Shown here one piece after another: positions 54,738 through 64,000 of a stretch of DNA of 64,000 bases. The first letter of the stretch is position 1. Each line of letters begins with the position of its first letter. The notes below the pieces were generated by a model that was not told where the DNA came from, made no database searches, and worked only from the letters and a program-made list of their open reading frames with translations. This DNA is from Octopus vulgaris. Taxonomy: Eukaryota. The stretch lies in NCBI GenBank assembly GCA_951406725.2, contig OX597816.1:169384001-169448000 (forward strand), in the 5' to 3' direction. The translations under genes were made by a program, and so were the position numbers.

Positions 54738-54876
54738 TATACATACACATGAATTTTTCTTTTTTGTTGTTGCTGTATCTTTGTTCATATTAATAGTACC
54801 CTTTAGCAATACACAGACACACAAAGTCCACATGCATATAATGTAATATAATATAAATAGTGACATTGACACGCAA

Positions 54877-54916
<40 letters not shown>

Positions 54917-55222
54917 TTGGGTTTAGTATGGGTTTCCGTCGTTTGTCGCTGAAGATTCTGTTAGTTAATTAGATCAATAGAATAACCTGCTCTCGAATTA
55001 ATGTTTAAGTGGTTGAGTACTCGATAAAAACGTGTAGCTTTAACGTAATTCTTTAGCAGAACCAACGCAAGACAGCGGAAGGAATTTGTCCAAGATGCCG
55101 CACAGTGATATAGAACTTGATACATCTTGGTTCCGATGTGGTTGTCTCAATCTTTCGGCCATACTGCATCTATATAACGACATATAAAAACATTACGTAA
55201 GCTCTTTCTCCCTCTCTTTATC

Positions 55223-55587
55223 AGGAGTGGCTGTGTGGTAAGTAGCTTGCTTACTAACCACATGGTTCCGGGTTCAGTCCCACTGCGTGGCATCTTGGGC
55301 AAGTGTCTTCTACTATAGCCTCGGGCCGACCAAAGCCTTGTGAGTGGATTTGGTAGACGGAAACTGAAAGAAGCCCGTCATATATATGTATATATATATA
55401 TATGTCTGTGTTTGACAACCGATGATGGTGTGTTTACGTCCCCGTTACTTAGCGGTTCGGCAAAAGAGACCGATAGAATAAGTAGTGGGCTTACAAAGAA
55501 TAAATCTCGGGGTAGATTTACTCGACTAAAGGTGGTGCTCTAGCATGGCCACAGTCAAATGACTGAAACAAGTAAAAGAGTAAAAGA

Positions 55588-55590
<3 letters not shown>
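55223..55590 (+). mobile_element. SINE family B
   Basis: Sequence match to family B. Confidence 0.85.
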
Positions 55591-55618
<28 letters not shown>

Positions 55619-56249
55619 GTGTATGTGTGTGTGTGTATGTGTGTGTGTGTGTGTGTGTGTTTGCGTGTGTGCGTCTATGTGTGTGTGTGCGCGAGTGCGC
55701 TTGCGTGCACACGCGTGTGTGTGCTTGTGTATACTTCACATTCAGATCTGCATACCTACCTATGCGCATGCGCGCTCTAAATTGTGAACGCTCAGCTACT
55801 GAAACGAAAACCTATTTTTATGAATTGCCTAAAGGCATGTGCAGACCAATACGTTTTTGGACTATTTTTTTTATGTTTCTTCACCGATACGTGTTATAAT
55901 TCTTCAAGTGAGGCGATATTTTTTGTACATAAACGTTCGTAATTACAAAAATCCGCCCCCCTCACTCTCCCTGCTAAACCCTGCTAAGAAACGCTCGCAA
56001 AATATTATTAAACTTTCTAGTGAAATTCTCTTATCTTTCCGTAACATATATACTCATGCAGTGAGTTCTAGTTCTCCTGTTTCGTCTACCGAACTTTTAT
56101 ACGAACACACACACACACACAAACACACACGCACACATATATAATTATCGGTATATGTGTCTACATAAGTATGCAGGTGTATATATACATATACACATAC
56201 ATGCATATGTGTAAAATGTATATGTGTATCTCTCTCTCTCTCTCTCTCT

Positions 56250-56333
56250 CTTCTACTATAGCCTCGGGCCGACCAAAGCCTTGTAAGTGGTTTGTTGGTA
56301 GACGGAAATTGAAAGAAGCCCGTCGTACATACA

Positions 56334-56369
<36 letters not shown>

Positions 56370-56612
56370 TGTATGTATGTATGCATGTATGTATGTATGT
56401 ATGTATGTATGTATGAATGTATGTATTTGTGTGTCTCTGTCTCCCCACTATCGGTTGACAACCAACGTTGGTGTATTTACGTCCCCGTAACTTAGCGATA
56501 GAATAAGTACTAGGCTTACAAAAATGAGCCCTGGGATCGATTTGTTCGACTGAAGGCAGTGCTCCATCATGGCCGCCGTGAAACGACTGAAACAAGGAAA
56601 AGAATAAAAGAA
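56250..56612 (+). mobile_element. SINE family B, 5'-truncated
   Basis: Sequence match; internal microsatellite is (TATG)n. Confidence 0.8.
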
Positions 56613-56731
56613 TATATATATATACAGTGATATACATATATTATATATTATATATTACGAAATACGGTCTAATATTATTATACTGAATTTTACTTGTAAG
56701 GTTAGAATAAGAATTTATTCCCTAATATTAT

Positions 56732-56822
<91 letters not shown>

Positions 56823-56854
56823 GTGTGTGTGTGTGTGTGTATGTGTGTATACAC

Positions 56855-57353
56855 AAGGAAAATAGGATAAGGTAGAAAATGCTAAAATAATTTTAGCATG
56901 AAGAACATTTTAGTACTACCTTCAGTCTTTGCGACTTTTTCAACTTGGAGTAAAGCATGAAAACTATTAAATTGTGGAGAAATTAAATTAAATGTTTCCA
57001 TTGTTTTCAAATATGCGGACATTTTCCTTTTTTCTGTCTCTCTCTCACTCTTTTACTTTTGTGAAGGCTTAAACAATCAAAATCCAGAACCAGCATTACT
57101 TCAGATCTGCTACTACCAACCTACCGAGCATTCACAAAAGTAAAAGAGAGAGACAGACAAAATAATGTGAAATGTCCACCTATTTGAAAACTATGGAAAT
57201 GTTTTTTTAAAAAAAACATTTCATTTAATTTTTCGACAATTTGTTTTTCATAATTTACTCTAAGTTGAATAAATCGCAAAGACTAAAACAGGTACTAAAA
57301 TATTCTTCATGATAAAATTATTCTAGCATTTTCTACCTTGTTCTATTTTCCTT
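56855..57353. mobile_element. Old inverted pLTR-like pair, each arm with a decayed UUGAAAA hammerhead
   Basis: Arms 56855-57065 and 57131-57353; motifs at 56909-56948 (-) and 57260-57300 (+). Confidence 0.6.
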
Positions 57354-57513
57354 ATACATTTCAAATTAAATTTCCATATCGAATTGGGTATTTCATCAGG
57401 TGAAAGAATTTCATAGAATGGAGCTTCGCTCCGATGTGTTGGTTGATCCTTGGTAGACTCAAATATGTTCGTTTCAGCAACCAATGTATTTAAAAAAACT
57501 ATATTTAGTTGTG

Positions 57514-58199
<686 letters not shown>

Positions 58200-58217
58200 T
58201 ATATGATATATGATATA

Positions 58218-58606
58218 TACCCGCCGAGCTTAAGCATATTGCTAAGCGGTGGAAAAGAAATAAACCAGGATTCCCTAAGTGATGGCGAGTGAACCGGGAG
58301 AAGCTTAACACGGAATCTCGTCGGCCGCGCCGGTCCTCAAGAGCTGTGGCGCAAGGTTCGTACACGGTCGATCGTTTCACCCTGCTAGGTTCGGAGTCCC
58401 CTCGATCGGAACTGCCAGAGCGGGTGCTAGGCCCGTTTGGAGCCGGAGGCGATCGGCGACGTTCTTCGGTCCGAGAGTCAGGCTGCTCGGAAACGCCGCC
58501 CAAAGCGGGTGGTTAGCTCCATCTAAGGCTAAATACGGTGAGAACTTCGATAGCCGACAAGTACCGCGAGGGAAAGTTGAAAAGAACTTTGGAGAGAGAG
58601 TTCAAG
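58218..58606 (+). pseudogene. 28S rRNA 5' end/D1 fragment
   Basis: acccgccgagcttaagcatat...gcgagtgaa...caagtaccgcgagggaaagttgaaaagaactttggagagagagttcaag. Confidence 0.9.
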
Positions 58607-58612
58607 TCTGCT

Positions 58613-58706
58613 TTCGACTCGGACGAGACTACTCACGGAACTCCAGCATATCACTAAACGAAGGAAAAGCAACCATCCGGGATTCCCTAAGTAACAGCGA
58701 GTGAGC
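58613..58706 (+). pseudogene. Second, more diverged 28S rRNA 5'-end fragment
   Basis: gacgagactac...agcatatcactaaacgaaggaaaag...ggattccctaagtaacagcgagtga. Confidence 0.75.
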
Positions 58707-59473
58707 AATCTGACGGCTGACTGAAAAGAAAAAAAATTAGGAAAAGCCAAAATGTTATTGTGCAGCTTTGTGATGCTAAAGAAACTCTTGATATAGTAAT
58801 TAGCGTAGGAGCTTGAAGGTGGAGTGAGAATACGGCGGAAAAGGAAATGAATTAAATTAATGTAGCGAATACATTTGGGCGGACTTAATATGCAAACAGT
58901 TATCTTAAAAGATCAGAAACTCTTGTAGTTGTGGCAGAGAAGATAAGGAAGAGAAATAAGTTTACATACTATTAAATGTCAAAACAAGTTTCTTCTAGTT
59001 TACAATGTTCATAGTTTTTCCAATTGACATTAATGGGAAGAAACACTTCAAGACTCAAAATAAAATAAAATTACGCTCCTTGTAAAATGTCTGCTTTTAA
59101 GTCTAAAGAAAAATTCAAAGTGTGATTTTTAATATCTTCTTGATTGTGACTGTATTTTTAAATCATTTTCTAAATCGCAAGACGTCTCAAGCAATATGAC
59201 AATTGCAGCTGGTTTTTGCAATCATTTCTTTGCTGTCATTGTTATTTCATTTTTGGCTTCTCTGACATGAGTACATTATGTAACACACATTAACTTTACA
59301 TGTCCGCTTGTATCTAAACCAACGGAATGCTCTTAGCATATTTTTTATGTATGTATGTATGTGTGTATGTATGTATGTATGTATGTATGTATGTATGTAT
59401 GTATGTATGTATGTATGTATGTATGTATGTATGTATGTATGTATGTGTGTGTATGTATGTATGTATGTATGTA

Positions 59474-59530
<57 letters not shown>

Positions 59531-59559
59531 TGTATTTATAAATTCTTCTTTGAAGAAGG

Positions 59560-60548
59560 AGCTGATTTCTAACAAATATACAAAGACCCAGCTTTGAAAT
59601 GTAAATAACGAAAACAATGTCATATTTTAAAACTGAGGAAAGTCTTGCATGGTTTAATTCTTCCGCTTACAGATTGTATTAGTAATGTGCGAGTCAGTTG
59701 GTTGATTTCTTTTTCTGAAAATTCAAGCTTATCCAGACTGATAGTTCAGCATTTACTTACAAAATCTTTCTTAAGCAGACACTTTTCTTGTAGGCTAATT
59801 TTTCAGCTTTATCCTTCGACAATTACGAGTCTATAACTAAATCATTTAACTCTCCTTGAGAAAATTTCTGTGGTACGTCTTCATTTTCAATCGTGAAATC
59901 TGCACTCACTTCGTAATATTTTCTTCAGGAAATACATCTTCGTCAGACATCTGAAGGCAATTTTCTGGTGGCATTAGAATAGGAAGATCCTCATCGTTGT
60001 GTTGTACTGGTCTTCTTGCTGATTCCAAGTTGGGATACACAATCTTATGCTTGGTTTTTACAGTAAACCCACATACATTAACGTTGCAGAAATAACAGCC
60101 CAAGAAATTATCCTTTGGCTCTGTCCATATCATAAGTATTGCTAACGGCATTGCCCTCTTCCTCTTATTTAGCCAATCCCTTAGTCCGTTTGAACAAACT
60201 GAGCAGATTATATGCGGGGCCCAACACTTATCTTGTTCCCCGAGAGAGCAGCCAAAGTACAACTGGTAGATCTTCTTGATTTCACTTGTGATGGCACGTT
60301 GCTGAGCTTTGGTGGTAAATGGATCACAGACATGACAAAATATATCAGGACTGTTCTTGCAATGCCTTGACATAGTCAGAATTTAACTGTATAAGACGTT
60401 TACGTGTAGCGATACTGCTGATGGGAGTTATATACCTCTCTCATCTCATCAGAAAAAATGTGCCTGATTACATTTTTGAAATCTGCGGACAAAACTACAT
60501 ATAAAACACCATATAATATCCCTGATGAAAATTGGCTGTTGACCAGTG
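59560..60548 (-). mobile_element. Chapaev3-like (CMC) DNA transposon 5' part; decayed remainder may extend to ~58740
   Basis: ORF 59906-60373 has C..C...QDKCWAPH..C..C...W...CYFC zinc finger; terminus TAA|CACTGGTCAACAG at 60548. Confidence 0.65.
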
Positions 60549-60644
60549 TTATTATTGATATAAATGTAAATTTGTGATCCGGATATAAAAGCTGAAGGTT
60601 TTGAAGTAGTTGTATGTATGTATGTATGTATGTATGTATGTATG

Positions 60645-60678
<34 letters not shown>

Positions 60679-60782
60679 TGTATGTATGTATGTATGCATG
60701 CATGTATGTATGTATGTATGTATGTATGTATGTATGTATGTATGTATGTATGTATGCATTTTTGTATGTATATATATATACG

Positions 60783-60816
<34 letters not shown>

Positions 60817-60842
60817 TGTATGTATGTATGTATGTATGTATG

Positions 60843-60874
<32 letters not shown>

Positions 60875-61887
60875 CATCTATCAATTTGTCTGTTTGTCTA
60901 TATAACTTTCTGTTCATAACACGCATAGACGCACATACTATGTGTGTGTGAGTTTTTTTGTGTGTGTGTGTGTGTGGGTGAGAGAGAGAGAGAGAGAACA
61001 TGGGTGTACATTATGTGCATGTTACAAGATGCTTCCATTTATCTGCGCAAAAGGTAGAAACTTAAAACTATTTTATTATTTTAGCAAAGGAGTTTTAGCC
61101 CCGAAATATCGAAATATTTGACAAAATGCAAACTTGTCTTCTGGAATTTGCCTCGTATTGTCTTTTAAGTAATTTTAACGTTAAATATCTCACTCGCGCT
61201 ACACTACGCAAATATATGTGTAGGTTTGTATGTACACCCTTGTGTATATTGGTTTTCCTTCATCTATCTTTACACTGACACCGCATACAAAAGCATGCGT
61301 CTGAATTTATGTTCCACATTCCCATCCACGCGTCTGTATTTACGTTCCATACTCACCACACACATACACACACACACATGCACACGTATAATGCTTCCGT
61401 ACGGAATATACATTAAACAAACACATTAACATACATACTCGCATATATTGATATATATTCTGTCTTCTGATCATTGGTGGTCGAATATACGGGTTAAACG
61501 ACAGTTAATGAAAGCCAATAGGCATCTATCGCCAGACAAATCTTCGGAATGTTTGCATCATCCTTAACTTGACCAATAAATACGTGATATATATGTCGAA
61601 GTAATATATCTACAAACTGGCTTTCGTTCTTTGTGATGCGCCCGATGAATATTACCGTATAAATACAAACATCTAAGCGCATAATTACTGTCACTCTCTC
61701 TTTCTCTCGCTCTCTTTTGCTCGCTTTCTCTCTTACGTATACACAAACACGCACACATACATACACACACACATAATACACTCGTACACATATATACTCG
61801 TACTCACCCGCTCTCTCACTCGCTTTTTCTCCCGTTTCCGCATTTAATGATGTTTCACAAGAATGAGCATTAATGTAATATACATAC

Positions 61888-61950
<63 letters not shown>

Positions 61951-62527
61951 TGTGTTTGTGTGTGTATGTGTGCGTGCGTGTGCGTGTGTATGTGAGTGTT
62001 TATATGTGTGATTTGATGAGGGCCGCTTGAAGTTTACGCAGCCAAGCTAGTATTCTTTGATAATATTTATATAATAATTACATCAATATTCAGGTGTCTG
62101 GGCAAATCTAAAATAAAATAGGTGAGTATAGCAGAATATTAGAAAGTAGTGAAAGGCATAAAAGTTCGATTCGATATTAACGCTAACCAAACATTCATGT
62201 ACCGACTCTCATGAAAACTTTCCTAAAAATATATATTAGTCGGGAAATTTTATAAAAAACATTTTAAAGGCATTGAAATACAGCAGAGATGCTATCAATG
62301 AGCACGTTATTAATATATTTTGATGTAGGCATATAAGATATGTGGGCTTTTCTTTTTTTTAAATTGATTCCTGCATATTTCTGATTTATATATTTTTTTC
62401 AGCTACAGAAAGATGAAAAACAAAGCACAGTTGGGCAGACTTCAAATTACAGAGAGATAGAAGTAAATACTGCAAACCATCCTCCATTCCAGTAGCATTT
62501 CTACCAACACTTTTCTCTTAGTAATTA

Positions 62528-62926
62528 CTTGCAGTATCGCCCGGCGTTGCTCGGGTTTGTAAGGGAAATAACTATATAAGCATTTTTAGAGAGTTATAGC
62601 TAAAAGATAGCAAAAAAATGCATTAAAAATGGGAAAAAAATTATGGTAATTTTTTTTTAAATCGTTGACTCATCGTAGACATTTTTAGAGTTACTTCCCT
62701 TATATAATAGCGAAAAAAATGCATTAAAATGGAAAAAAATGATGGTAATTTTTTTTTTTAAATCGTAGACTCATTGTAGACGCGCGATAATACCCAGAAG
62801 GGCTCGATATGAATCACGACTATAAGATACCCGGTTTTGGTTAAACTGCACCGCAAAATGTGGGAGTAGTTAGGAATCTAAATCGTAGGAGACAGACACA
62901 CAACTTCACTTTTATATATATAAAGA
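62528..62926 (-). mobile_element. Non-autonomous Helitron
   Basis: Near-identical to 6251-6646. Confidence 0.8.
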
Positions 62927-63321
62927 TTTCTAACCTAAGCTTATGGTCTCAAAACAAGAACAATATTGACACACAATACCACTTTGATAGATTTAAGATG
63001 GATTCAATACGTTTATGAAAGGTTTCAGAATATTTCTATGACCAAAGCTAGTGCCATATAGGTTTCTTGTTAGTTTTAAGAGAAGCATCAACGTCCATTA
63101 ATTTTCCAGCCTTTCCACAGTAATTAACGAATCTGCTCATGCGAGATTAACTTAATCAAGGGTTACTATTGAAGTTAACACTTTTAATATTTATTCTTTA
63201 ACAGTTGAAGGTTAATAACAGAAGTAAAACTGAATGAAAGAGTTAAAATTCTAAAGGAACACATTCCAGTAAAGGCAGGAATTAAAGGTAAGGTGTAGCA
63301 TGAGAATTAGAAGATAAGAAT

Positions 63322-63487
63322 AGGCGCAGGAGTGGCTGTGTGGTAAGTAGCTTGCTAACCAACCACATGGTTCCGGGTTCAGTCCCACTGCGTGGCATCT
63401 TGGACAAGTGTCTTCTGATATAGCCCCGGGCCGACCAATGCCTTGTGAGTGGATTTGGTAGACGGAAACTGAAAGAAGCCTGTCGTA

Positions 63488-63536
<49 letters not shown>

Positions 63537-63760
63537 ATGTGTTTGTGTGTCTGTGTTTGTCCCCCTAGCATTGCTTGACAACCGATGCTGGTGTGTTTAC
63601 CTGCCCGTTACTTAGCGGTTCGGCAAAAGAGACCGATAGAATAAGTACTAGGCTTACAAAAGAATAAGTCCCGGGGTCGAGTTGCTCGATTTAAGGCAGT
63701 GCTCCAGCATGGCCGCAGTCAAATGACTGAAACAAGCAAAAGAGAGAAAAGAGTAAAGAG
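63322..63760 (+). mobile_element. SINE family B
   Basis: Full-length copy; another head starts at ~63975. Confidence 0.9.
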
Positions 63761-64000
63761 TGGGGGAGTGTTTGCCAGTTGTTCATTCCTAGATCAGCTC
63801 TGATCAAACAGACACATGATCAAAGGCATTTCGTTTAAGACTTGACTGTGTTTAATACTTTTTCAAGCATCGTGTATCAAGCTCTATACTGATGCAATAT
63901 CTTTTAAAACGGGAAGTTATTCATTTGAGTGACAAAGCAAAGTTTTTTCGCGACGGAAAAATACATTATTGCGTAGGCGTAGGAGTGGCTGTGTGGTTTG

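Overview
AT-rich, microsatellite-dense animal genomic DNA. The SINE families suggest a coleoid cephalopod, most likely Octopus (inference). The only host-gene segment I can support is one coding exon of a class C GPCR (41475-42309, +). The rest is repeats: three tRNA-derived SINE families, Penelope-like elements (PLEs), R4-like, CR1-like and RTE LINE remnants, Tc1/mariner, Merlin-type MITEs carrying TTAGGG arrays, Helitrons, a Chapaev3-like remnant and an 18S/28S rRNA mosaic. The main find is a set of minimal type I hammerhead ribozymes (HHRs) with palindromic stem III from at least 6-7 unrelated families, mostly with non-canonical cores (U3-A8, U3-G8, fixed U6). Two families form non-coding arrays of ~360-bp tandem units plus an inverted arm (2357-3301 and 38880-39969). 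These look like PLE-mobilised retrozymes that could release 360/362-nt monomers able to circularise. All RNA folds were paired by eye and are untested.
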